Of a stretch of 64,000 nucleotides of DNA, positions 1 to 12,888 are shown in pieces (the first letter of the stretch is position 1; every line of letters begins with the position of its first letter). The notes beneath the pieces are model-generated. The model ran no database searches, was not told the DNA's origin, and worked only from the letters and a program-made list of their open reading frames with translations. The stretch covers positions 3,410,001 to 3,474,000 of the forward strand of contig CM030332.1 of assembly GCA_017654855.1 (NCBI GenBank), written 5' to 3'. The stretch comes from Podospora anserina. Its lineage: Eukaryota. A program made the translations under genes and the position numbers.

Positions 1-69
1 GACAGATAGTAGAGGAGGACCTGCTCTTTGTCGAGGGGGTTGACGAGACTGGAAAGCGGGCAAGACATG
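1..69 (-). pseudogene. Possible 5' end of a gene (or relic) running off the window, divergent from the gene at 950
   Basis: ATG at 69 in ACC-ATG context with a TATA-like GTATATAAG ~75 nt upstream. MSCPLSSLVNPSTK continues more protein-like (EQVLLYYL) only after a frameshift. Too short to identify. Confidence 0.25.
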
Positions 70-949
70 GTGATGATGATGTGTGGCAAAATGATTTGGG
101 AAGCCCTGCGTCTCCCATACCATAAGGATCGCGGTCCAACTCTTATATACAACTAGCTGTCTTGCTGCCTCCAGCTCTTCTTTGTCGAACTTCACATTGT
201 CACTGGAGCCCTCCTCAGCCACCCACAGGTGGTTCCAGGGCGGTATTCCGACTACCTTATTGGCTTTGCTTGCACCTAACCGTGACGGTATGAACTTGCT
301 GAGGCCACAAGTATTGTTCCCTTCCGGTACAATCTCTCCGGCAATGAGCTCATGGCGGAATCTAGAACCGGTTCTTAGGTGTGGTCCGACTCGGAGGCGA
401 CTGGTCACTCTACCATACTGAATGCAATTAGGTCTAGTGTCCACAAAAGCACACTCTACAGTCAGCCCCAGGAATCCAGCTCTGCCTTTGGGGAACTTTT
501 CAGCCAGCCGTTCCTTCATAGCCACCGTTCTAGGCTAGAAAATTCACCACAGTGTCCAGATCCATTGGGGACATCTTCGTCACTTGCGGGTTAGGTACCT
601 TTATGGGGGTCAAGTCATGGGTAGGGGACGAGAACACGAGCCAATGGCTTCGTGTTTGTCTTATCTATCTGGTTAGATGTTCCAATCGGTCTCCCGGCAG
701 CTTGCTTGTCTGGAGCTTGTCCGGAGGTTGTCTGGAGGTTCTGGACTCAATGTCCGACAACACGCATAATTCACAACTCCCTCACAACTCCTCCACCCAC
801 GTCTAGCCAAGCGGCCAATCTCAACACTAAGGTTGGATACCTACCTAACATGGGTATCCGCGGGCCGGTATGTTCTTTTACTGCTCCATCCAGACTTTGG
901 CACAATCTATCATCGACAAACAAACAGCTCAAGCTCCGTATTTGCAGCC

Positions 950-1499
950 ATGTCAGGTGCCGCAGCGTCACCAAGAAACCTCGTTCTGCGAAATGGGACC
1001 CAGGCGCAGAAATCAGTGACTCCGGTTGACCTCGAACCCAAACCGGACATCGGCGAGGGCAACCAGCGGCTGCATTCATTCTACCGTCCCGGGCTTGTTG
1101 CAGGCACCTATAACATTGATGTCGAACAGGATATCGCCAAGTACAGCCCATCTCCAGGCGAACGCTTTGCAGACATCCCGGCCCAAGACAAATTAGATTC
1201 GAAAAAGAGCAGCAAGAGCTTCACAGTCATCGCTCCAGTATTCCCTCCCCCCCGGTTCCCTGAACACGTCATATCCAGCCCCAGGACATCAAACACCTCA
1301 CACCACCCTTCCGCATGTGGTCTTGAACGATCCCCAGCTGCCCTGGGAGAGGGTCGGCAGTGAGGGCGAGTTGTCAACGGATTCCCCAGAGCATCAAGAT
1401 GCTCTTTCCAAAACAAGGACGCCTTGGTTGGCTGTCGTTGTCTTCACGCAGGATGAGATCATGCTTCCTCCTGAGGCAGAGGCAAGCTTCCAAAGTTGA
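950..1499 (+). pseudogene. Truncated, frameshifted hypothetical gene of the family found next to DUF6603 genes
   Basis: MSGAAASPRN...LHSFYRPGLVAGTYNIDVEQDI...SFTVIAP, then a 1-nt frameshift near 1235 restores QYSLPPGSLNTSYPAPGHQTPHTTLPHVVLNDPQLPWER...RTPWLAVVVFTQDEI. Ends abruptly at TGA 1497-1499 against the opposite-strand pseudogene. Confidence 0.7.
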
Positions 1500-1519
1500 C
1501 ATCGAACGTCGTTACCGGT

Positions 1520-3842
1520 GATGGAAGCAGAGCAGAAGTCGATGACGCCCTCCACCCCGACGGAAACACCCCCCTCGGCGGTGAAGTGGAAGGGCTTGTA
1601 GTTGATCAAGAAGTCGGCATAGGCGTTGAACCAGGCCCGCAATGGCCCGGCTCGGAGAGTGACATCAAGACGGCCGCCTCCCATGCACATCTTGGGGGTG
1701 ACGGCGAAGTAGGCCTCTCCCGTGATGCTGATGCGGCTGCTGAGAGGCCAGCTTATGCCTAGCCGTGGGGGCACGGGGTAGTGGGCAGGCGGCTTGAAGG
1801 AGCGGTGGTAGCCGCCAATGGTGAAGACCCAGTCCCCTCTGAGGTCTGGGTCAGGACTGTCGAACCAGGAGTACACGGCGAACCCGCCAGTGAGGTGACA
1901 ATTGGGGTCCAAGACATAGGAAGCGGGCATCAGTTGTCCTTCGATCTTCATGACCCCCAGGGCAACATCCACCGTGGCGGACAAGCCCAGTTCAACATGC
2001 ACAAACTTCCCAGGGCTGGAGCTTCCCGGTGGTGGAGGAGGTAGATCGGCAACCGCCAAGCCAAAAATACCAATCTTGACCGAGGGATCAAAGGAGAGAA
2101 CCAGCACGGCGTCCACCTTGAGCACCGGGAAGGCGGTGACTTTGACACCGGCTGCTACCCAGAATGAGTCCACCTTGGACGTGATCACACCGCCGCTCTT
2201 GGGGTCCATCAGATCCTTGAGGCTGTCCATAGGATCAGACTATTGCGGGGGCGCGATCAAGGGGAAGGTTGGAATCTCGGCAGCGCTGGGCATCCGTATA
2301 CTGGAGTTGTAGCCAAGTCCTGCCACCAGGCCTGACAGTTCGGCCTAGCCAAAGGACATGAGAGGCCCGTTGACTCGACAGAACATGAATGCGGACTTGA
2401 ACCTCCTGTCGGTGGCGGGATCAGTCAATTCGCCGTAGAAGCCAGCCGCTTGGAAGAGGTAGACATTGTAGCCGATGAGGAGAGCTCCCGCGTACATGTC
2501 GTTGCCCTCGACGACCTTGTGCATGAAAGCACCGGAGATGGTCAAAAGAGGCTTGCTGAAGGAAGCTGCGAGGCCGTCGACGGTTACTTTGGGGGCTGGA
2601 AGGTTCTGGAGGCTGGTCATTTCGGTGATGGGGAATTCCAGCTTGAACCCTAGAAGCGCAAACCCGATGGGTCCGACGAGGACGGAAGCGTCGAATACAA
2701 TGGACAGAGCGCCATCTTTCAGAGTGCCTTTCCAGCCGAAACCAATGTTGGAAATGGACAGGGGGCCGGCTTACTTCTTGTAAGGGACCAGGCCAGGAGG
2801 TTTGGCTTTTGCGTCGTCGTTGGCAGCAGGTGTTGATGGCACAGGGGTATCCGAGTCCTTTCCAGAAACTGGCTTCTGCGGGGAGGCTGGCGATGAGGTG
2901 CTGCCAAAGACATAGTCAAGGATGACGGTTGTGTTGTCCAGTGCGTCCTTGCCTGTCATCACGAAATGGTGACCAGCTGCCAGGACGACGGTGCTGTCCT
3001 CCAGTTTCCCCTGCTGTGTTTTCTTGAAAACGAGGGGTGCGGCCTTGGACCCACGAACCTTGTTGATGGCTTGAACCTCTCCATATGTCAAGCTCTTGAG
3101 CGTGGCCTTTTGGTTTTTGTCATCTGTGGCTTTCGGCTCAGTTGTTTCGCTGGTGTCTTGAACCCAGAGATACAGAATCTGATCGACTGGTTTCGGCACA
3201 GCCCCGATAAGGGGAATATCTATGTCTGGGATGTCGTTGAGGGAAGCTGACACGATTCGCTTGGTTGGCTTGGGAGCTGGCTTCGCTTTCTCAGAAGATG
3301 AAGCGGTGGCGACAGAGCTTTCTTGGCATTGGGTGTAAGAAAAGCAGAAGCCAAAGACGTTGAGGATCATAGAGAAGACAAAATGTGCGGGCAAGGGGGC
3401 CTGGTCTTTCCCAGCTGCCGAATCCGCTGCATCCTTTTGTTCTGGGAGAAGCTTTTCGAAGATCACGGATAGCTGATTTTGCGACTTGGGTCTTTTGAAC
3501 TGAATGTTGTTCACGAAAGGTGGCAGCAAGTCTTTGGAGTCATTGCCCATGACGCCTCCAATCAGGTCTCCGAGGGTCACTGCATCTGGAGGTGCAGGAG
3601 TAGTCGTTGATCCAGGAATCATAAGCTGAGCGTCGAAGACCAGGTTTGCTGATTCGCAACTTCTTGGCCTGCGGGCTTCTTGTCTTCTGTCGTCTTGTCA
3701 TCTTTCCTGGGCGGAGGCTTCTTATTACCATTCGTGAAGTTGAGCGAGAGATCTACCGGCCCCAGCCCAAGGACACACTTCAAGGCGAAAGAGAATCCAT
3801 CGCTGGATTTGCCGTATTCTGCACCGAACGAGCGTATCTTGA
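1520..3842 (-). pseudogene. DUF6603-type large protein gene fragment (C-terminal part), disrupted
   Basis: ORFs 2771-3622, 2345-2620 and 1394-2230 share one frame, broken by TAA (2771-2773), TAG (2345-2347) and TAG (2240-2242). Motifs GPLSISNIG, CHLTGGFA, GDWVFTIGGYH, YPVPPRLGISW and GEAYFAVTPKMCMGGGRL are typical of DUF6603 proteins (recalled, not searched). Frameshift near 3640; both ends truncated. Confidence 0.8.
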
Positions 3843-4250
3843 TGTAACGTTTGGGGTGGTGGTGGATTTTGGTGGTGGGTGGAAGGGAGGTTTGGCAAGC
3901 AAAAGAAGAGATAGTAAGCGTTTTTGCTTGTTTGCTGTGTCAGTCTTTCGGATTTTTTTTTCACCGTTGCTGTCGGTAGGTATTCTCTCTTCCCCCGGCC
4001 CGGCATCGCGAGACAGTAGCGGAGTAGACTGCAGACTCGGGCGGGGATAGTGAAGAAGATTACCTATAATATGCAGCTTTGAACTCGCAGTGCGGGTTGG
4101 AGGTCCTTCACTACTCTCATGTAGAAGAGGCTTTGTGAGGCGGCTGGGGGGGGGCGTGGGAGTAAACGGGTTGGTCTTGTTTAGCCGGGGCCGGAGGGAC
4201 CGTTCTGCTTGTATCATTCATCATTGAGTAAGTAGCAGTGTGTTGTTATA
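3843..4250. mobile_element. Probable solo LTR of an LTR retrotransposon, RIP-mutated
   Basis: The coding signal of the DUF6603 relic stops exactly at TGTAACG (3843). The segment ends ~408 nt later in TGTTATA (4244-4250), which equals the inverted terminus CGTTACA with two C>T changes. TpA-rich interior. Flanking 5-mers (CTTGA / TCATC) do not match. Confidence 0.45.
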
Positions 4251-7200
4251 TCATCCGAGGCCTCTTGCTCAAGGGACAACTTGACTGCTGTATGTACACA
4301 GCAGCATCGGATCCTCAGTGTGCCGGTGGGACATGTCTTGCTGCAGATCAGAGTTTTTTTTGGTGGCTTGCCGTTGACCTGACAAAGCAGCATATCATCA
4401 AGACCTTGGGTCAAGCAGCCAAGGGTGTGCGATGAGAAGCCATTCACAGCTGCCTTGAAGCCATTACAGATCAGATTCTTTTTCTGAAGGCTGGAGCTGA
4501 CAAAGCACAGCTGAGGCCAAGAACCTGTAATGAGAGCCCATTCAGAGCTGCACGAAAAGATGGCTGCTACATTGGGTGCGTCCTGCAGATCAGAGCTTTC
4601 AACAATGCTCAAGATTTTTTGAGCCACACGGCCAGAGCTATTCATGTTCATGGAGGATTGCCTTTTCTGGGAAGCCGACAGGACTTGTGCAACAGGAGGC
4701 TGAGGTGGTTACAAAGTCGTTGAGTTGCAGTGCGTGTACGAGCGTGGTGGTCCATCGAGAAAAGAAATTGCCCCCTTTTCTCAGCGGTTCAGATCTGCAG
4801 CGCTGTAGGTTGACATGTATCTGCCAGCCGTTCTACAAGCCAATGGTAGCTTGGCTGTTGTTGAGAGCTACGGGGTTTGTGGCACCCAAGGTGGCTCATG
4901 CCCTTCGCTTGTGTCAGGACCGAAGTGGCTGTAATCATTGCCCACTCGGGAACTTCCTTTGTACCGGGTAGGTGCTGTCCTCAGTGGCCGCTCGGAAACT
5001 TTCAAGTGATGGTCTGTAGTACACGATACGTGCGAGTCTGTGACATGCAGCTCGTGGACGGAGTGAGTGACGAACAAGCGAGAGCGAGGAAGCGTGTGGA
5101 TGGCGGATGGCACGGGCGGCTTGTGGTGTGTTCCACGAGTATGGCCAACTGGCAGGCCAGCTCTCAAAGAGGTGAAAGCGAGGAGAATTTGATGGGGTTG
5201 TCCAACAAGAAGGTGTGTGGTGCCCCGGTGCGTGTACCCATTCCATACCTTTCTTCTAGAAGCCTGCTGTTCGTACATATCTCTGAGCTCGTGATTGGAC
5301 TTGATGAATGTGACATTCCATTTATTCAATGTGACGTTGGGTCAACTCTTGAGGATTTCCCACAAGGGGTCTCAGCGCGAGAGGGTGCTGGCGAGGTAGG
5401 TACGGGGCAGATGTTGAGACCAGGCTCCGGTACGTACATTTTCTTGCCGATATTGAGGGGCAACGCAATCCTCACCGTGGTAAGATGACGAAGCCCGATA
5501 GCTTTTGCCTCTCCACCGTAAACGATCTTTGTTCTGCAGAGTTGAGAATGCGAACTAATAATGGCTTGTTTCTTCGGCCGAAACCATTCCGAACCATGAT
5601 CTGTGACTTGCCGAGTTCAAGGGCCTAGAAAGTGTAAGAAAGCTAGTTATCACAGGCCTATTATTTCTTTTGGTACCAGCCGTTGTGCAGAAGACCATGA
5701 CCAGCTGATCACACTCATGACTTGACCACGCACTGTGCAGTTGCCGCATGCATGGCCAAGAAGGGCCAAGGTAGTTCAGGTTGGGAATGGCCAGGACACA
5801 GGTGCTGGGGAGTGGAACGATCAACAAGACAGCCGGCAGGCTGGGCGAAAGCGAACGCACGATGCGAGTCAACGTGACCGGGATGCTTGCGGGACCAGGA
5901 ACAGGACTTGGGTAGGGACTTGACGGGTGTGAAGTCCTGAGGTGCTGTGACAAGGCGTCCCAGGTTGTCAACCTGAATGACTTGCCAGGTGCTACATATG
6001 ACAGGCGATTAGATATCGCGCTCAACGCAGCAGATGAAACCGAAGAAATCAAGTCAAGTTTCCAAACCTTGCCTTTCTACGGACAGAATGGCAGGCAGTT
6101 GTTTGTGTAAGAGGTTGCTGAAAGACAGCCCCGACTGTGCGGGTCTAGATTTGCTTAAACTAAGAAAACGCCCTGTAGGGTCTGGCAGGGGTACACGCAG
6201 TGATCCACACCACGAACTATACATATACAGTTCGTGGCGGTATGGCCTTCTCGGCTTTGTGTCCTCAGCTTTGATGAGCATTCAGACGTCAAGCTCGGCC
6301 CCGGACGATTTCCTAAGATGCCACGAGGTGGGAGGGGAAACCGATTGCTCCGTGCCCGAAAGACAGTGTTTGCGAGTTCGCGGAGCCTTGCCCAAGACAT
6401 GGCGGTGAAATGCTGTGAGCGGCCACGCTAAAAGGAACCTTGGCGGGGAGTCAAGAATGATGGTATATGCCAACGCATCCCTCCTTGATGAGATTTGATT
6501 TCACCTTCTGGCATATAGCTGTGGAAGCCACCCAAAGACGGGCAATGTGTAGCCCGTTTCAGAAGTGGTCATGTGGGATACAGACTCTGAAAATTGTCCA
6601 AAAAAACTACATTGTCCAATCAATGTGTTGCGGAACCGGCCGCCGCTCTTCCATGGCATCGGCTACATACTTCGACATCTGAGACTCGGCGCAATACATA
6701 CAGAGTACAAGACGTCGGTCGAAGTTTTGATCCATGACCCTTTCACGGGAGAGACATCGACCTGGTGGGGCAGCAGCGATCATTCCGTTTAGTGGATCCG
6801 TCAGCCGGCGTTAGTGCAGGGGTGATAGCCAGGAGTCCCCTGTAAATTGCGCGAACCTTCCAAGGGTGCCCCCGCCCATTCTCTGCCCACTCCCTCCAAC
6901 GACACCTCATCGACACCTCTACCACGACAACCACAGCGAGCTCAACGGAGCTTTGCGGCTCGGAATGGCTGGCTGACCGTGGTGCTACTGGCCAATTCCT
7001 ATGTGTGTCACAAATCAGATTTTGGGCCTAGAGTTGATGCCAACCCCACCAGTCTAGTTCCATGTTAATGGTACTTCTGCCTGCCGTGGGTGCCAGGCTG
7101 TGGACAGGCCATGTTTATTATCTGCATCTGAATCAATCTCGATACAGATTTGCACACATGAGCTAGGTCAAAACCCTTTTTGGACGGCCTTGCAGCTTAG

Positions 7201-8300
7201 GAATTTTATTTCCCATTGCATTCCCAATCTGGAACTTCTCAAATTCGCAGAAGCCAGACAGGAAAGCATTGAAGTTTCTGCAACAAGAGACTGAAGCAAG
7301 TCGGTGTGGTGGTTGAAGATAGCGGCAGTGCGTGTGGCTCGGGAAGGCTTGGATCCGCGGAGTGTTGCCGATAGCACCGCAAAGTAAACCCTCTTCTAAC
7401 CGAACTCATCAAGAAGATGAGATATCGTCACAACTTCAACCTCTGTCATGATTCCGACAATCGGAACTCTTTTCGACAGAAAGAGCGACTCGGCAGGCAG
7501 TTCGCCCTGGTTTTCGTGAATGCCTTCCTGTTCACCTTATTTCTCCATCGGTTACTCGATGCCTGACCGAGCTGGCGAGTTCGTCATACCCGGACACCAC
7601 ACTGAAGAAAACAGCGGCTTCAGTCCGCAGTCATCATACCTCCGGCGATCATCACGGCTCACACCGTTTGTTCATTGAGGTGCCAAGGATGGCTATGTGC
7701 CTGCTCTGTACAGTGTTTCCTGGGCTCGCCGTTTACTGTGTCAGAGATGTATACTTCGACATCAAATGCCCCCGGGACCAGAAAGGAGCTTCCTGCAGCC
7801 AAGACCACTCGTCTCGAAGCCATGGGCTGGCGGCCATCGTGTACCTCGCTGCTTTTACGAGTCCGGCGCAAGGTCAGAGCACAAGGCATGGTGCCAAAAG
7901 TCCCCCCTCCTGAAAGAGTCTCACGGTATCGTCACGACCAATTCGGAAGAACGGCAAGACCCACAGCGCCCATGAATGTTGGTGAGGGGGAGCTCCAGCC
8001 GTTCTGCAGAGAGGTGTTCCGTCCGCCCCACCACCAGGCTACGCTACGCCGCTGGGTTTAAGGCCGTGGTGGCAGCTGTTTGTACTTCTGAAATCGTAAG
8101 GACCGCCCAGCATCTGGACGAAGGTATTTCTGTCCGAACAAGAGACTTTGCCAACTAGCACTGCCAGCCGGCCTGACTGGCACCCCCAGTTTCCCCACAG
8201 CCAAATATCTCGATGTCTCTGGACCCAGCCGGGGAGGTTGTTGTATCACATACCGCCTGAGCTTGCGGGCATCATGGCCCGACGGCACGACGAGAGGGGT
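4251..8300 (-). pseudogene. Region of degenerate gene relics, unidentified
   Basis: Several short minus-strand frames with protein-like composition (4214-4651, 4868-5329, 6054-6473, ~7170-7510) separated by stops and frameshifts. No family confidently recognised. Confidence 0.25.
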
Positions 8301-8961
8301 GACGGGAAGACGGAGAACAATGATTCTGACTGCGAACTAAAGCGTGTCAACGGGTTCTTGCGTCGATGCGTTCTGGATACCAGCGGCCCGGGGCCGTGAC
8401 AACCCTCTCTCTGCGATACCGGCACCCGCCTGGTCTTTCTCTGACCAGCTCCCATCGTGTGACCTCATCCCCCACTGTGTCACTCTGTGTAACCCGAACC
8501 CAACACCCGAACCACAACCCTCTCTCGACTGCCAGTGGGGCGCCACATTGTCGTCCCCATAAAGCATCCTGCTTCCCCAGCTGTCCCCAGCGGATCCTCC
8601 ATCCCAACCCAAGAGCACACACCACCAGCACGCTCGGCTTTTTGTTGAGAAGCATTTCGCCCCACCGTCCAGCACACTGCCTGTGTCCCACCGTCGTTGT
8701 CGTCCCTGGCTGCTGCCCAGTCTCCGGGCTGTTCCCCGTCATCCGTTGCCTCTTCAGATAACGCACTCTCCCCGCGTTCCCTCGCGTGCCAATCCAAGCT
8801 TTCTTTCCGTTAAAGTGAGCAATCCTCCCTCCTCTCCTTTCCTCTCAACATCCTCAACCAACACGATGCTGACCAGACATTGGTCAGACGAAGGCTTCCC
8901 AGCCTCATCCTCGAGCACTCACATTAACCAGCTCGCCCAGTGCCGCACACACACTGCCATA

Positions 8962-9606
8962 ATGTCCAGCAACGACCATCAACCCACACCCAGCGAGGAT
9001 TGGAGCGTCATCTCCAGAGCGGAGGCGAGCGACTTCGTCGACGAGACTCACACGAAGGGGAGAAAACCTCACTTCAATGATGACAATATCCCATCCGGTC
9101 GTATCGGTCACGATGCTGCAACCTCGTTCGAAGAGGAGCTCGACGCCGTTGCCCACACCCAACGGGCCATGTCCAACGAGGACTCCACCGAGACCGCCGG
9201 GACCGATGACACCCAGATTCGGGTTGATGACGCCGCCGATCAAGCCTTGTCGATGCAAGCAACCCCTTCCAACTTTACCCCCAACGCCACATCCCCCTCA
9301 CAGGCCGCCTCCACCCCTGACATCCCCACTCTCTCCTTCGCCAACATGGAGCTCCACCAGGGCATCTGCTCTCACGATGTCGAGCGCTGGGTGGGCGGTG
9401 CTGGTGCTCGCCGTCTCGTCCAGCACCAGGCCCCCGTGAAGAAGGGTTACTCATCCAGCGTGGCAAGCACCAGGAGCGTTGTTAGCAACAGCAGCTGGAC
9501 CCACATGATGGAACCCATTTCCATGAACGAGCAACTGATGTTTGCTGGAGATTGGAGCAACGAGGCTCTCGCTCCCTATGGCGCTCCGCACCCCGCTGGC
9601 AATTAG
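8962..9606 (+). CDS. Orphan hypothetical protein (~214 aa, acidic/Ser-Thr-rich, probably disordered)
   Basis: ATG at 8962 inside the 307-aa ORF, C-ending codon bias like neighbouring genes, pyrimidine-rich upstream leader. No recognised domain. Confidence 0.45.
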   Translation: MSSNDHQPTPSEDWSVISRAEASDFVDETHTKGRKPHFNDDNIPSGRIGHDAATSFEEELDAVAHTQRAMSNEDSTETAGTDDTQIRVDDAADQALSMQATPSNFTPNATSPSQAASTPDIPTLSFANMELHQGICSHDVERWVGGAGARRLVQHQAPVKKGYSSSVASTRSVVSNSSWTHMMEPISMNEQLMFAGDWSNEALAPYGAPHPAGN

Positions 9607-11513
9607 TCGTCGCTTGCCGTCTAGGAAGGTCGGCCGGTAGACTGGTTGGTCTCGCATACTCGACAAACATCCCTCTCAAGACCCAACCATCAACTTCTGT
9701 CGTCGAGTACCATCACTGCCCTTCGCGCCCTGTCGCTTTCCAACCCGACCTCTCACGTGTCAAGCCGCCTTGTCGACCGAAGAGTCAGTCGCCCTCGTTA
9801 CTAATGACAAACATGTTTCGCTCATCATTGGCGACCGGTTGCCAGCAGTTGCATCTTCTCAGCCGTCCTTCCCGATTGACAAGCGCTCGTCGCTTCGCCA
9901 AGTCTCCGCCTTGCCTTCGGTTTGCTTTTACCACTTGGGCAGATTCTGATCGTAGCAAAGCACCCATCATCCGCCGAGCTGCTCTCGTATCATCGTGTCA
10001 GCCGGCCGACCTTGTCATGCCAAAAAGTCGATGCTGTCTCGTCCACGAAGGCCTCATCCGTTGCCAGTCTCGGTCCATTATCGCCGCCAACAAAACCCCG
10101 GTCCTCGTCGGAATCCTAGTCAAGCTGCTGCAAGACACCGGCCTGGTCGATTTCTTTTGTCAGTTTCTTCTTTTATCTTTGCGTCGTTGGATTTTATCGT
10201 TGTCGTTCAGTTGTGGCTTTTTGCTTTCGTTGCTTCGATCGAGCTTGTCGTCATGAGGTTGTCTTTGGTATTGTTGTCATGGCTTGCGTTGTCGTTACGA
10301 TGTTGCGTTGTTTTATCATCGCCGGGTTGCCTTGTGGTTGGTTGTCGTCTGCCTTCGTCCGGTGGTCAAATTGATGAGTGGCGTCCTTATACCCTTAGGC
10401 TCGGAGATGGGGCTGTGGCGTTCTCCTTTGTTTTCATAATCTCGCGAAAAGGATAAAAAAATAGCACACATCCCTGTTTGATTAAGAGAAGGTCGGAAGG
10501 GAAGGTCGCGAGGGAAGGGAGGGGAGGGGGGATACGTTATCATTATCATGCCGGCATGAAGATAGGGAGGCAGGTTCTCTCCATCATCGATCGGTTCGCT
10601 AACATTGTCGACATGCATTTCGGGAGAAGGGGAAAATGGGTAATAGGGGTTTATAAACTGACTTGGCTTGGCTATCTGGGAGTTGGGTTAGAAAGGAATG
10701 AAAAGGAAAGGGGGAAAAGGGTCGGAATAAGCAAGCGTTTGTGTTTTGGAATTCTTTTTTTTTTGTTTGTCAAACAGATTGTTTTATCATACCTATATGG
10801 GATTTTCTTTTTCTTGTTTTATCTGAGCAATCAAAACAATCGAACTCCGGTTCCTTCTTTTTTTTTTTTCATCTGAGCTCATCCTTTGCCACCCAACGGG
10901 CCGGTCCAAGCCGCTCGGCCGGGATCTTCGACGTTCCCGTCCATCTGATCTTTCGGTGCTTGCATGATAAATCCGCTTGGACTTTTCCCATACTTGGGTG
11001 TGGGTGTGGCGATGCTGGTGTACGAAGTAATTATAGGTCAACGACTGGTCACCCACTCAGGCAACCTTGCCGTTCTCCAATTCTCCCCAAAAAAAAACAC
11101 TTGTTTTTTCCACAACTCCAGTTCTCCACCGATGTTCCTGGGTCCCGGGTCGGTTTTGTGGATGCGGGGATGGTAGGATGATGTGGTGATAGGGTAGCAT
11201 TCGCCAACGGTGTTCTCCCGCGGTGCTCCATCGTGCTAAGACGTTTAAAGCCCATGAAAAAGAAAAGCCAAATTCCGAATGGCAACTCCTTGGGTAAAGC
11301 CGGTTTAGCCTGATATATTGCCGTCACGGTCAACTCGTGGTGTCGTCCCGATGGATACTACTGTTGCCGTTCCGATGGGGGTGGTGTTGTTCCTGCATCT
11401 TGTTGCTGTAGTGGTGTATAAGTAGATCGGTGAGGTAGGGTAGGTCGGTGTGTCGTCGAGATGGAAGGGTAGGTAGGCTCGCATTTCCTATTCGCCTCGT
11501 CGTTGTCGTCAAA

Positions 11514-12888
11514 ATGGCAATTCTCCGGGGTTTCCTCCTCGGCCTCGGCCTCGCTCTCGCCGGTGTTGTTCAGGGCCATGATGATGGCAGTCAATGGGTC
11601 GATCTCTGGGCTTCGATGCCTCAGGAGGTAGAACCGCATAATCTGCCGCCTGCGCCGTTTGTAAGTTCCTTTTCCACATCAAACATACCTTTCTTCTTGT
11701 ATCGAGAGATTCTTGCTGACCCATCCCCTGTTCCAGACCGGCGAGGACTCCATCTACACCAACACCACCATCCGCCAAACCATCTACCTCACCCAACCCG
11801 CCCCCCACATCCGCCTCTCCCTCTCCAACGAATTCGGCGGTCCCTCTGCCGATCTCCACATCTCCGCCGTCACCATCGCCCTCCCCCTCAACGGCACGGC
11901 CGGCTCCCCCTCCATCCAGCCCAGAACCCTCCGCCAAGTCACCTTCTCGGGCGGAAGCAAATCCTTCACCATCCCCAACGGCGCCATCGCCATCTCGGAC
12001 CCCATCAGAAACCTCAACGTCAAAGCCGAGACCAACCTCGCCGTCACAATCTACATCCAGCAAGGCCAGCAAGGCAAGCGAATCTCCGGCCACCCAGGCA
12101 GCCGAACAAGCAGCTGGTTCATCAACGGCGACCACACCAAAGCAGTCGACTTGCCATCCGAGGCGGTGAGGGTAGACCGGTGGTTCATCCTCTCCGCGGT
12201 CGAAGGCTGGGTAGACAAGAAAAGAACCCTCGGGAGCCTAGTCATCATCGGCGACAGCATCACCGACGGCCGCGGCTCAACCACAAACGGCAACGACCGT
12301 TGGCCCGACCAACTCCTCCGCCGGCTCGAATCCCAACGTCGCGGCGGTTCAGGAATGAGCGTCATCAACCAAGCCGCCGGAGGCAACAGGGTCCTAGCCG
12401 ACGGGCTCGGACCCAACGCGCTGGGCCGGATAGCAAGGGACGTCCTCGCTCACAACGGAGTAAAATACGTTGTTCTTTTCGAGGGCGTCAACGACCTTGG
12501 CACCGCTGCCGAAGGCGACCTAGTCAAGACAGGGGATCGTCTCATTCAAGCTTATGAGCAGATCATCACCCGGCTTCACGGGCGTGGGATTGCCGTATTT
12601 GGGGCGACGATCACGCCCATGAGCGGGCCGGGCCAGGCGTATGGGGAACCGAGGAGGGAGGAGCAGAGGGTGAGGGTGAATAGGTGGATTAGGACCAGCT
12701 GGAGGTTCGACGCGGTGATTGACTTTGACAAGGCGGTGAGGGATCCGAAGAATGAGACGCGGCTGAGACCAGAGTATGACACGGGGGATTACCTTCACTT
12801 GAACCCGACGGGGTACAAGGCCATGGCCGAGGCGGTCGATTTGAGGTTGTTTGAGAGGTTCAGGGATGGGGTGTCGAGTATTGTTTAG
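11514..12888 (+). CDS. Secreted SGNH/GDSL hydrolase (esterase/acylhydrolase)
   Basis: Signal peptide MAILRGFLLGLGLALAGVVQG; phase-0 intron 11661-11736 (GTAAGT...GCTGAC...CAG); block I GDSITDG, GGN, EGVND and catalytic DYLH. Confidence 0.92.

Noticed and set aside
9552-10876. ORFs of 130-234 aa downstream of the orphan gene
   Set aside because: Non-ATG starts or low-complexity, overlapping frames with no recognisable motifs.
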